Of a stretch of 64,000 bases of DNA, positions 1 through 8,082 are shown piece after piece. The translations under genes and the position numbers were made by a program. The notes under the pieces were generated by a model. The model saw only the letters and a list, made by a program, of their open reading frames with translations, did not search any database and was not told the DNA's origin. Source of the DNA: Candidatus Woesearchaeota archaeon (lineage in GTDB: Archaea > Nanobdellota > Nanobdellia > SCGC-AAA011-G17 > PNOQ01); the NCBI GenBank assembly GCA_018663865.1, contig JABJPM010000025.1, forward strand, positions 9,024 to 73,023, read 5' to 3'. Position 1 is the stretch's first letter, and the number at the start of each line of letters is the position of its first letter.

Positions 1-217
1 TATCTTTTTCTAAATTTGCAGAATACCCAAGGGATTTGATTTTTTTGATAAAGTCATTTTCACTAATTTTTGATTCATTATATTCTATATTTGCATTAGA
101 GGTAGAAAAATTAACATTAGAGATTTTTACTCCATCTAATTTTTTAAGAGATTTTTCTATCAAAGTAGAACAACTTGCACAATGCATTCCAGAAATATTT
201 AATTTAATTTTTTTCAT
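1..217 (-). CDS. Partial CDS (its 5' end is in the window; the rest lies past position 1) encoding an HMA (heavy-metal-associated) domain. It could be the N-terminus of a CopA-type P1B ATPase or a CopZ-like chaperone.
   Basis: Translating the minus strand from the ATG at 217 gives MKKIKLNISGMHCASCSTLIEKSLKKLDGVKISNVNF..., which carries a GMxCxxC metal-binding motif. It is not in the ORF track because it runs off the window. Confidence 0.5.
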   Translation of the reverse strand, partial: MKKIKLNISGMHCASCSTLIEKSLKKLDGVKISNVNFSTSNANIEYNESKISENDFIKKIKSLGYSANLEKD

Positions 218-232
218 TTTAAAAAATTATCT

Positions 233-1639
233 TTATCCTCCACATCCACATCCGCCACCAGTTGCTCCGCAAGAACCTCCTGTTGGGGCAGGAAGCTTTT
301 TTATTGCAGATTGATCATAGTCACTCAGATCATCAACAACGATAAATGTGCCAGGTATCATCCCCATCCAACAACTCCAAGAGATAGTTCCACTTTCAGT
401 TGGAGTAAATTCCACAATTTGTTCACCAGGTATTACATTAAATCCCAAATCATATTTTGGAACTTGTATTGCATTATTACAACCACTTATCTCAATTCCG
501 TTTACTATCCATTTAACAGGAATTCCTTTTTGCAAAACAAATTTATTTGGAGACCAACCACTATACATCACATCCATTTTTATTTCTTGATATCCATCTT
601 TTAATACTGCAACTTCATTCGATGGCAAATCGTCATAATTTGATCCAATTGTATTACCCGTAATTAAGCTATTGGCATCATATCCGCTTCCAGTTAATGC
701 GATTCCCCTATTCATCATAACCGCACCAAGAAGAATCACAACAATTGCAGATACCTTGAGGATTTTTTTGGTAGAATTTGCGCTGATTAGTGAAGTAACA
801 AATCCAAATCCGATTAATACTGGCAATGTCCCTAATCCAAATGCAGTTAAACTTAATGCTCCATCAATCATATTTCCAGTTCCGGCTGCGTAGATATACA
901 TTGCTTGTAATGGTCCGCATGCAATAAGTAAACTATTCAATAGTCCAATTTTAAATGGATTTTTAGATTTATGTGATTCTGCAGCATATTTATTCAAAAA
1001 TTTTGGGGATTTTATTCTAATTTTTTTTAACCAAGGAAATATGTTTAACATATTTAGACCAAAGATTACGAGGAATAATCCTGCAAATAAAGCAGCATAA
1101 CCTCTCAATTGCGGAGTAAATGCTATGAACGATCCAAATAAACCAAACAATCCACCAATTGCCGCATAACCAATTGTTTTACCTAGACCATATTCAAAAT
1201 GAGATTTAAATTTGCTTTTTGATTTAGTTGCATAAGATACAACAAATCCACCACACATACCAACACAATGAAATCCAGTTAATAATCCCAAAAAGAATAA
1301 AATTCCTAAAGAGACTTCTTTTGTTAAATCAGGAAAAAAATCAAAACCAATTGTGCCTTTAACAATTATGTATGTTCCAAATAATAAGAATGCAATTCCT
1401 GCAGCCCATAAATACATAGTATTCTTTTTAGGTTTGGATGTTGAGGGAGTATACCCCTTTTTTATTATTATATCAAAGATTTCATTTTGAGTAATTTTAT
1501 TTTCATCAAATCTTATCACAACTTTGCCTTCCCCATAGTTTGCATTTATTTCTTCAACTCTATGCTCTAATGTCTTTTCTAATATTTTTTCACAACCAGT
1601 ACAAGTCATGCCAGAAATATATATTGTTTTTTCTATCAT
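233..1639 (-). CDS. Polytopic membrane protein with an N-terminal HMA domain (MTCTGC), a DsbD_2-like transmembrane core (HCVGMCGG and ACGP motifs) and a C-terminal cupredoxin-like domain ending in a Cys/Gly-rich tail. Putative copper/heavy-metal handling protein.
   Basis: 468-aa ORF. I recognised the GMTCTGC HMA motif, GFHCVGMCGG within transmembrane helices, a C-terminal beta-rich domain with Cys/Met candidate ligands (SWSCWMGMIPG), and the tail GGSCGATGGGCGCGG. Confidence 0.6.
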   Translation of the reverse strand: MIEKTIYISGMTCTGCEKILEKTLEHRVEEINANYGEGKVVIRFDENKITQNEIFDIIIKKGYTPSTSKPKKNTMYLWAAGIAFLLFGTYIIVKGTIGFDFFPDLTKEVSLGILFFLGLLTGFHCVGMCGGFVVSYATKSKSKFKSHFEYGLGKTIGYAAIGGLFGLFGSFIAFTPQLRGYAALFAGLFLVIFGLNMLNIFPWLKKIRIKSPKFLNKYAAESHKSKNPFKIGLLNSLLIACGPLQAMYIYAAGTGNMIDGALSLTAFGLGTLPVLIGFGFVTSLISANSTKKILKVSAIVVILLGAVMMNRGIALTGSGYDANSLITGNTIGSNYDDLPSNEVAVLKDGYQEIKMDVMYSGWSPNKFVLQKGIPVKWIVNGIEISGCNNAIQVPKYDLGFNVIPGEQIVEFTPTESGTISWSCWMGMIPGTFIVVDDLSDYDQSAIKKLPAPTGGSCGATGGGCGCGG

Positions 1640-1839
1640 ATTTTATATCCCTCATCCATTATCAATTCTTTAATCAATTTTAATGTTTCACTAGATCCAT
1701 TAAAATTCAATTTAATTATGTCTTTTTCATGATCGGGGATTGCATTTACAACTCCAGAAATATTTTCAAGTTCTCCTTTCAAAATAATTTCGCAACTTTT
1801 ACAATGCATACCTTCAACTTTCAATATTACCGCATCCAT
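1636..1839 (-). CDS. copZ: CopZ-like heavy-metal (copper) chaperone, a single HMA domain.
   Basis: 67 aa with GMHCKSC (MxCxxC) in a ferredoxin-like HMA fold length. It overlaps the upstream HMA membrane protein by 4 nt, which suggests an operon. Confidence 0.7.
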   Translation of the reverse strand: MDAVILKVEGMHCKSCEIILKGELENISGVVNAIPDHEKDIIKLNFNGSSETLKLIKELIMDEGYKI

Positions 1840-1892
1840 AATAGAATTAGTGGATGAAACACCTTATAAGCGATTGTAAGAAACTAGTTTCT

Positions 1893-2357
1893 TTATTTGA
1901 GTATAACCACATTGGTCATTCCACGTCGTTTTCTTTCAATAATGTTCAGCCCTTCTAATCGATCTAGGATTCTGGTGATTTTGACTTTATTAAATTCCGT
2001 TTTTTCAACTAACGTTGATTGAAAAATACTCCCATCTTCTTCTTTTATTTTATCTAAAACAAATTTTTCATTTTCATTCAACTTTTTTAAAATTTCACTA
2101 TAGTCTTTTTTAGATTCTATTGGAGAATTTATTTTTTTTCCAGAAAAAAATAGGTATGCCCCGCCAAATAATATAAATAAAACTAATCCAATACTAATAT
2201 TCGTTTGCAATTCAATAGTTCCCCACATCGCACATTCTGAACCATGGGAACAAGAATCTGCAACAATATCTTTCAAAGCCTTGTTAAATGAGAAAACTAT
2301 AAATCCAATTAATAGTGATACCCCCATTAATAATGTGCCAACTTGTTTATTCTTCAT
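1893..2357 (-). CDS. Membrane-anchored protein with a C-terminal winged-helix-like segment. Possibly a metal-responsive regulator, but uncharacterised.
   Basis: 154 aa with two N-terminal transmembrane helices and a CSHGSECAMWG Cys/His cluster between them. The C-terminal ...KITRILDRLEGLNIIERKRRG resembles a wHTH recognition helix and wing. It overlaps the glyS end by 4 nt. Confidence 0.35.
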   Translation of the reverse strand: MKNKQVGTLLMGVSLLIGFIVFSFNKALKDIVADSCSHGSECAMWGTIELQTNISIGLVLFILFGGAYLFFSGKKINSPIESKKDYSEILKKLNENEKFVLDKIKEEDGSIFQSTLVEKTEFNKVKITRILDRLEGLNIIERKRRGMTNVVILK

Positions 2358-3790
2358 TTCAAATCCTCAAACTTTAAATCACCGCTAAGCAATTCTCTAA
2401 AAATATTTTTCAATTCAGAAACTTTAACCCTAACTTGATTCATACTAGAAATTTCTCTAAGGGTAACATCTCCATCCGTCAAAGAAGCATGATCTACAGT
2501 TATACAAAATGAAGTACCAACTTCATCCATTCTCCTATATCTCCTTCCTATTGAACCAGAATCATCATAAATGCACGCAAATTCTTTATCTAAATCTGAA
2601 AACAATTCTTTGGCTAAATCTCCCATGCCATCTTTTTTCATTAAAGGGAATATTGCCACATCTATTGGGGCCATACCAGGTTCAAATTTTAACCAATCTC
2701 TCTTATCATCATCTACTAATGAGTTTTCTAATAATGCATATGCAGACCTTTCTAAACCAAAAGCTATTTCCAAAATTGTTGGGATTTCTCCCTGAACTTC
2801 CATTTTAGTTTTGGAAAATTCAGCATGCCTTTTCAAATCATAATCCTGTCTATCGTGGACACCACAGATTTCCATCCACCCATACCTTTCAGTATTGATT
2901 TCAATATCCCATGCATCCTCAGCATAAAATGCTAATTCCGAAGGATCGTGTTGTCGAATTCTTAATTTAGTTTTATCAAATCCCATGTCCAACATTAATT
3001 TGTATGCAACATAATTCATAAATGCATAAGATTCTTTTTTCATGAATTTCTTCTCAACACTTTCACCAAGTTTAATGTATTCTATTTTATCCGATCCAAA
3101 TTTCATCAAAGGCAATTCATTTTCAGAATAATCATTAAAATGCTCTTTCAATAAAAATAATTGGGCCTCCATTTGAGTAAATTCTCTGGTTCTAAAAACA
3201 CTTTGACGAGGACTTATTTCATTTCTATATGCCTTCCCAAGTTGAAAAACACCAAATGGCATCTTTGTTCTAAAAAATCTATATAGTTCTGGGAACAATA
3301 AATAAGTTGTAGTCGCTGTTTCAGGTCTTAAAAAAACTTCCTCATCAATTCCAACCACAGTACTCATCATCAAATTAACTGGTTCAACTGATCCAAATCC
3401 CCCCTTATTACAGGAAGGGCATTTTATATCTTTTTCAATCAATAGTTTACTTAATTTTTCTTCATTAAAATCATCAATATCTTCAATTAAATGGTCGACC
3501 CGATGGGATGCACCACATTTAATACATTTAGTAACATAATCTACAAAACTATCTAAGTGTCCAGATGCTTCCCAAACTTTCTGAGGCATAACTGTTGGGC
3601 ATTCAACTTCCCAAAAACTAAATCCTGAAAATCCTTTTCTTAAAACATTCTCAACTTTATTTTTTAATAATTTACCAAGTGGACCCCAATCATAAAATCC
3701 TCTCAACCCACCATCATAAATGTTTGGGCTAGGTCCCCATATGAATCCTCTTCGTTTTGCTAAATCTAGAACTTTATCTTCGATTTTCAT
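2354..3790 (-). CDS. glyS: Glycyl-tRNA synthetase, archaeal/eukaryotic class II type.
   Basis: The N-terminus LAKRRGFIWGPSPNIYDGGLRGFYDWGPLG is the hallmark of alpha2-type GlyRS. 478 aa. Confidence 0.9.
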   Translation of the reverse strand: MKIEDKVLDLAKRRGFIWGPSPNIYDGGLRGFYDWGPLGKLLKNKVENVLRKGFSGFSFWEVECPTVMPQKVWEASGHLDSFVDYVTKCIKCGASHRVDHLIEDIDDFNEEKLSKLLIEKDIKCPSCNKGGFGSVEPVNLMMSTVVGIDEEVFLRPETATTTYLLFPELYRFFRTKMPFGVFQLGKAYRNEISPRQSVFRTREFTQMEAQLFLLKEHFNDYSENELPLMKFGSDKIEYIKLGESVEKKFMKKESYAFMNYVAYKLMLDMGFDKTKLRIRQHDPSELAFYAEDAWDIEINTERYGWMEICGVHDRQDYDLKRHAEFSKTKMEVQGEIPTILEIAFGLERSAYALLENSLVDDDKRDWLKFEPGMAPIDVAIFPLMKKDGMGDLAKELFSDLDKEFACIYDDSGSIGRRYRRMDEVGTSFCITVDHASLTDGDVTLREISSMNQVRVKVSELKNIFRELLSGDLKFEDLK

Positions 3791-3828
3791 AATAACTTAG
3801 AATTTATCTTCATTTTTATAAGTTTTGT

Positions 3829-4509
3829 TTAATAACTGTGGTAATCGACTAATTTGCTCCCAATTATATCTTTGAGAGAAACAATATTATTCGCTTCCAA
3901 CCTAGGGCAAGAAGTATTTACCCATAATTTAATGTCATTAAAATCTTCTAATTTAGCAACATCAATCTCATTTTCCATAAAAACATATGCCTCTTTTCCA
4001 CAATTTTTAGCAAAATTCAAAGCGACTTTCAATGCCTGTTGCCCAGGTTTAACTGAAACCAAAATTCCAATTTTGTCTGCCATGAGGTACCTCTTTATTT
4101 TGCCTTCATTTTTTCTCTCTAGTTTAATCAAATCCTTTTTTTCAAATTTAGTAATATTGTGTGAAACAGGATTAACTAAGTAAACAGCATTAACTCCAGA
4201 ATAATTAACTAATTCAAGTGGATGAAATTCCCCACTCCCAATAAATACATATGTATCTACTTCATCTTTTATTTTAATGGCATTAGACGAGTTACAACCC
4301 ACCATTTGTCCAGCAATCACTACAGAATGGCCCTCACCCTCCAAATATTTTTCAACTTGATCTAGATAATCTATATATTGAATTGCAGAAATTAAACCAA
4401 TTCTTTTCTCTTTAATCTTTAATTTTTTAAGAACCGGCATTACATCAATATTTTTTGCTTTAGCAGGGATAAATATTGTCTTCAATCCACTGATTTTTTT
4501 ATTTTCCAT
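3829..4509 (-). CDS. Dph2-like diphthamide biosynthesis protein (2-(3-amino-3-carboxypropyl)histidine synthase family), shortened form.
   Basis: 226 aa with three spaced Cys residues including a WVNTSCPRL (CPR) motif like the Dph1/Dph2 Fe-S cysteines. It is shorter than the canonical ~340 aa. Confidence 0.4.
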   Translation of the reverse strand: MENKKISGLKTIFIPAKAKNIDVMPVLKKLKIKEKRIGLISAIQYIDYLDQVEKYLEGEGHSVVIAGQMVGCNSSNAIKIKDEVDTYVFIGSGEFHPLELVNYSGVNAVYLVNPVSHNITKFEKKDLIKLERKNEGKIKRYLMADKIGILVSVKPGQQALKVALNFAKNCGKEAYVFMENEIDVAKLEDFNDIKLWVNTSCPRLEANNIVSLKDIIGSKLVDYHSY

Positions 4510-4543
4510 AGAAATAATAAAAAAACGATGTTAAAAAACCTTT

Positions 4544-5062
4544 CTATTTCAATTTAGAAACTTCAGTTTTATCAGATATAATCGCAGAATTCCCACTCTT
4601 ATCTTCAATAATGATTTTCAAAGGGATTTCCCCCAATTTAACTTTCCATATTTTTTTTAATAAATTCTTTGCTTTTTTACGAATAGTCTTATCATCAGTC
4701 GTATCTCTCTGGGTTTCTAAAATCTTTTCAAATCTCCCTATTAATCCTTCGACATTGGTAACAAAACCTTCCGAATTCTCTCCAGGATCCATAGACATTC
4801 TTAAACCAGGAAGTTTAACTTTAGCAGTACTAGATTTAATCACTCTTGAAAATAAATCTTCCTCACAATTAACTTCAAATACTATTTTAGCAGGATCTTT
4901 TTTCTCTTTAAATTCAACATCTGCTTTAGAGAATCCACATTCAGAACACTGCATAGCAAAAACAAAAGTTTTACCAAAATATGGAACCTCAATTTCTCTA
5001 TCTCTTAACGTCAATCCATTTTTCCCACAAACGGGGCAAGGTTGTTTAGTCGATTCTTCCAT
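4544..5062 (-). CDS. ZPR1-type zinc-finger protein.
   Basis: 172 aa with CPVCG...CSECG (C4 zinc ribbon) followed by a ZPR1-like beta domain. Confidence 0.65.
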   Translation of the reverse strand: MEESTKQPCPVCGKNGLTLRDREIEVPYFGKTFVFAMQCSECGFSKADVEFKEKKDPAKIVFEVNCEEDLFSRVIKSSTAKVKLPGLRMSMDPGENSEGFVTNVEGLIGRFEKILETQRDTTDDKTIRKKAKNLLKKIWKVKLGEIPLKIIIEDKSGNSAIISDKTEVSKLK

Positions 5063-5094
5063 AATTAATAAAAAAAGAATAAGTATTTATAAAA

Positions 5095-5499
5095 TTATTC
5101 GTCTCCAAATGATTCCATTGCATTAGTTCTATGTACACTGGCAAAACTAGGAGTAACTACTATCCAATCTCCACCAAATCCTGCGATATCACCATCTATT
5201 GCATCACAAGTTTTTTTCAATTTATTAACTGCTCTTTTTAATTCAATCATATCTCTTTCTCTCAATGGCCCAATATTAACTAAAGCAATTGTATATCCTT
5301 CTCTCAATGAATCAAGTACAGGTTTTATATCTGAAAAATCTTGAACAATAAATGGCCTAACTACTATTCTAGCTTTGGGAACATCCCCGTCGGCAGTTAA
5401 TTCAACATAATCTTCTTCGAACTCTTTAGGCATATCTTCATCATAGGAAAATTCTTTTTGTCCCACACTACTTTTTATTTTTGAAAGGAATTTTTTCAT
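5095..5499 (-). CDS. sepF: Cell division protein SepF (DUF552), the archaeal FtsZ membrane anchor.
   Basis: 134 aa with the SepF-core-like ...RIVVRPFIVQDFSDIKPVLDSLREGYTIALVNIG...DGDIAGFGGDWIVVTP. ftsZ is about 2.6 kb away. Confidence 0.7.
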   Translation of the reverse strand: MKKFLSKIKSSVGQKEFSYDEDMPKEFEEDYVELTADGDVPKARIVVRPFIVQDFSDIKPVLDSLREGYTIALVNIGPLRERDMIELKRAVNKLKKTCDAIDGDIAGFGGDWIVVTPSFASVHRTNAMESFGDE

Positions 5500-5536
5500 C
5501 TTAACAAGGGAAATATTAGCAAATTTATAAACATTT

Positions 5537-5791
5537 CTATTGTTTAATACATTCTAATTTTGATACTATAGAATAAATTTGAGTTTTTGTAAAAGCAGGC
5601 AAATTTGAATTTTCAGAAACATCATCCAATTCTTGCAAAGATGAATCAACTTTCATAAAAATATCTCTTTCTTTACAATTCAATGCATCGATCGCACATC
5701 CAATTTTCTTCCGGATATTTCTTGGAATATCTTCATCTTTGTGCAATTCAGAAAGTAAATCTAATATTTCTAAAACCTGATCATTGTTCAT
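5537..5791 (-). CDS. UPF0147 family small archaeal protein.
   Basis: 84 aa. The IPRNIRKK motif and C-terminal SKLE.IK match my memory of UPF0147 proteins. Confidence 0.45.
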   Translation of the reverse strand: MNNDQVLEILDLLSELHKDEDIPRNIRKKIGCAIDALNCKERDIFMKVDSSLQELDDVSENSNLPAFTKTQIYSIVSKLECIKQ

Positions 5792-6119
5792 TTTTCATAG
5801 ATTCCATAACTTCTTTTTGTAATTCAGATGCCTCTTCTCTCAGTTTTCCTTCTTCTTTTTCTAAATTTGAAATTTTCATATCAGCCATTTCTTTTTTTGA
5901 CGTTAATTCTTCTTTCAATTTAGCCTTATCTACTGAGATCATAACATTACCTACAACTTTGTAAGTATCATCAGAATTATCAATTTCTTTTAAAGCGTTA
6001 TCGGATTCCATACTTTGAGTTTGAAATGATTGTTTTTGCATTGCGAAACTTTGCAATCTTTGTTCCAACATTTGTAGTTTAGAAATTTTCTTTTTTGTAT
6101 TGTCATCTATATTTTCCAT
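5781..6119 (-). CDS. pfdB: Prefoldin beta subunit.
   Basis: 112 aa with a coiled-coil/beta-hairpin/coiled-coil layout (QMLEQRLQSF...YKVVGNVMISVDKAKLKEEL...). It sits in the conserved L37ae-rpoP-pfdB neighbourhood. Confidence 0.75.
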   Translation of the reverse strand: MENIDDNTKKKISKLQMLEQRLQSFAMQKQSFQTQSMESDNALKEIDNSDDTYKVVGNVMISVDKAKLKEELTSKKEMADMKISNLEKEEGKLREEASELQKEVMESMKNEQ

Positions 6120-6120
6120 T

Positions 6121-6258
6121 TTAAACCGCCTTTACCTTGGTGCTAACGGATCTAGGTTTAAATAATATCTTTGATCCGCAATATATACACCTAATTCTTT
6201 TTCTTAAGGATGTACTTTCTATTTTTTTCCCACAATTAAAACATTTATATTCAGCCAT
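6121..6258 (-). CDS. rpoP: DNA-directed RNA polymerase subunit P (Rpo12/RpoP).
   Basis: Manual translation of the minus strand gives MAEYKCFNCGKKIESTSLRKRIRCIYCGSKILFKPRSVSTKVKAV, 45 aa, with a CxxC...CxxC zinc ribbon. It lies 2 nt downstream of L37ae. It is not in the ORF track because it is under 60 aa. Confidence 0.8.
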   Translation of the reverse strand: MAEYKCFNCGKKIESTSLRKRIRCIYCGSKILFKPRSVSTKVKAV

Positions 6259-6259
6259 T

Positions 6260-6472
6260 TTATTCACCTAGTGTATATGCCCTTCCAGCAAATTTAGTAT
6301 CACATTTATGGCAATGCCAAATTCCAGAACTAACTCTTTTAACACTATGTTTTAAACATAATGGGCATTCATAAAGTTTTTTTTGTTTCTCTTCAATATT
6401 AAGTCTCTTTCGCTTCAATGGTGCACCGTATCGTGCCCCGAATCTTCCGCTTCCTTTAGTTTTTTTTACCAT
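6260..6472 (-). CDS. rpl37ae: Ribosomal protein L37ae (eL43).
   Basis: 70 aa with MVKKTKGSGRFGARYGAPLKRK...CPLC...CHKC zinc ribbon. Confidence 0.9.
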   Translation of the reverse strand: MVKKTKGSGRFGARYGAPLKRKRLNIEEKQKKLYECPLCLKHSVKRVSSGIWHCHKCDTKFAGRAYTLGE

Positions 6473-6533
6473 CTTTCTAAAACTCTACTTTCAGAGTTAA
6501 ATTTCCGTTTAAAAGCCTTTCTAATTTTGAATA

Positions 6534-6606
6534 TGGGGTAACGAGGATTTGAACCCCGATTCCGACGCCCCAAACGTCGAGTGCTACCAAGTTACACCAT
6601 TACCCC
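6534..6606 (-). tRNA. tRNA-Pro (anticodon UGG).
   Basis: I folded the cloverleaf manually on the minus strand. The acceptor stem GGGGTAA/TTACCCC is fully Watson-Crick, the anticodon stem is CGACG/CGTCG with loop TTTGGGG (UGG), the T-loop is TTCAAAT, and the discriminator is A. No CCA is encoded. Confidence 0.85.
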
Positions 6607-6660
6607 TCAATAGTTCAACCGGTTTTAATGTATTAATAAATGTTACTAAAATAAAAAAAA

Positions 6661-7323
6661 TTAAGAAGATGGCTCTTCTTTTTCAGTCGCTTCTTCAGCA
6701 ATTGCAGTATCAGCAGCTTTATCTTCTTCGATTTTAGCCAATTCTTTACTGTACCTTTCCTCTAAAGAATCATTTACACTCTTTAAATCAGAACTTAATT
6801 GTTTAAGTTTATCCTCACTAACTTCTGTTTTTCCAGAATTTATTAGATCATCATATTTGCCATCATCAATTTCCTTAAGAATTATATTTAATTGTTTACC
6901 TTCAACAATAATTCCCATCGGTCCACAACTTCCAACAACTGTTTTTACAGATGCCTTAAGATCTTTAGATAACATAGAATCTGTTTTCATTTTAGCAACC
7001 TTGATAATTTGTTCAATTGCCATATTAGCAGATTTTTTAATTTTTTGTAATCCTGAGCCCTTTTGGATATTAAGTTCTTTTTTCATAAGTTCAGAAACAG
7101 GTGGTGTACCAATTTCCAAATCAAAAGATTTATCATCAGTATCCACAATAACTGTAACTGGGACTTTCATACCTTTAAAATCTGCAGTTTTTTCATTAAT
7201 TTTCGCTAAAATCTCTTGAATATTTACTCCAAGTGGACCAAATGCTTGTCCCATTGCAGGACCTGCTGTAGCTTTTCCGCCTTCAACCATTACTTCTACT
7301 TTTTCGTTACTCATCTTTTTCAT
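6661..7323 (-). CDS. rpl11: Ribosomal protein L11 (uL11) with an acidic C-terminal extension.
   Basis: MVEGGKATAGPAMGQAFGPLGVNI is the L11 signature. 220 aa. Confidence 0.9.
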   Translation of the reverse strand: MKKMSNEKVEVMVEGGKATAGPAMGQAFGPLGVNIQEILAKINEKTADFKGMKVPVTVIVDTDDKSFDLEIGTPPVSELMKKELNIQKGSGLQKIKKSANMAIEQIIKVAKMKTDSMLSKDLKASVKTVVGSCGPMGIIVEGKQLNIILKEIDDGKYDDLINSGKTEVSEDKLKQLSSDLKSVNDSLEERYSKELAKIEEDKAADTAIAEEATEKEEPSS

Positions 7324-7795
7324 CTCCTTCCCTTCTTATCACTTTAACTGAATCCAAACTTACAGTAATTGGAATCGGAACTGCAGCCTCTAATAATTCA
7401 ACTACTACTTCCTCTTTTGTTTCGTCAATTCTAACTATTTTTGCCTTTTCTCTTTTGAAAGGGCCCGAAATAATTTCAACAATATCATTCTTTCTAATAT
7501 CTACTGTGGCCTTTGCCTGTTCAATCATATGTTCAATTTCAGAATAATCTAAATTACCTGGCAATATTCCTCTTGCATATGGGACTCCGGCACATGCTTC
7601 TTCAGCATCTGCTCTGCTTCGTGCCTCGATAAATACATAACCCCTTAATCCATGAGGTTTAAATATACTATAAACGTGCAATCCTTTTTTTTCAACATTT
7701 GCAGAGACAAAATCTAAAACTTGATCCTCTCTGTTTGCCGTTGTCCTTAAAGTTAATATTTCTACTTCCTGAGTTGTTGTTGTTTCTGATTCCAT
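7307..7795 (-). CDS. spt5: Transcription elongation factor Spt5 (archaeal NusG).
   Basis: 162 aa with an NGN domain plus a KOW motif (...IVEIISGPFKREKAKIVRID...). It sits between secE and L11 as in other archaea. Confidence 0.85.
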   Translation of the reverse strand: MESETTTTQEVEILTLRTTANREDQVLDFVSANVEKKGLHVYSIFKPHGLRGYVFIEARSRADAEEACAGVPYARGILPGNLDYSEIEHMIEQAKATVDIRKNDIVEIISGPFKREKAKIVRIDETKEEVVVELLEAAVPIPITVSLDSVKVIRREGDEKDE

Positions 7796-7796
7796 T

Positions 7797-7997
7797 TTAA
7801 CCTATTAATAATCTCCATACCAAATGAATTAAAAAACCCATGGCACCAATCAATAATATTCCAATTCCTGTAACTTTTACCGTGATTTTTAACTCTTCAT
7901 TTGTTGGTTTTTTTGTAATCTTGAATACTCTCTTACTTTGAGTTATAAAACTTTTCAATTTCGAGATTATGCTTCTTTTTCTGTTTTCGTGTTCCAT
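7797..7997 (-). CDS. secE: Preprotein translocase subunit SecE (Sec61 gamma).
   Basis: 66 aa with a single C-terminal transmembrane helix and a basic N-terminus, in the conserved position upstream of spt5. Confidence 0.7.
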   Translation of the reverse strand: MEHENRKRSIISKLKSFITQSKRVFKITKKPTNEELKITVKVTGIGILLIGAMGFLIHLVWRLLIG

Positions 7998-8082
7998 CTT
8001 GGGCTATTAACTCCTTAGAATAACATATGTTGAGGAAAATATTTAATTTATAAAGGTTTCTAAAATAAAAAGAAAAGTAGAT

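Noticed and set aside
36-604. Plus-strand ORFs (36-314, 311-604, 348-590, 672-893) overlapping the HMA/cupredoxin membrane protein gene.
   Set aside because: They run antisense to a long, motif-rich minus-strand gene. Their translations are low-complexity and lack any motif, so they look like typical shadow ORFs.
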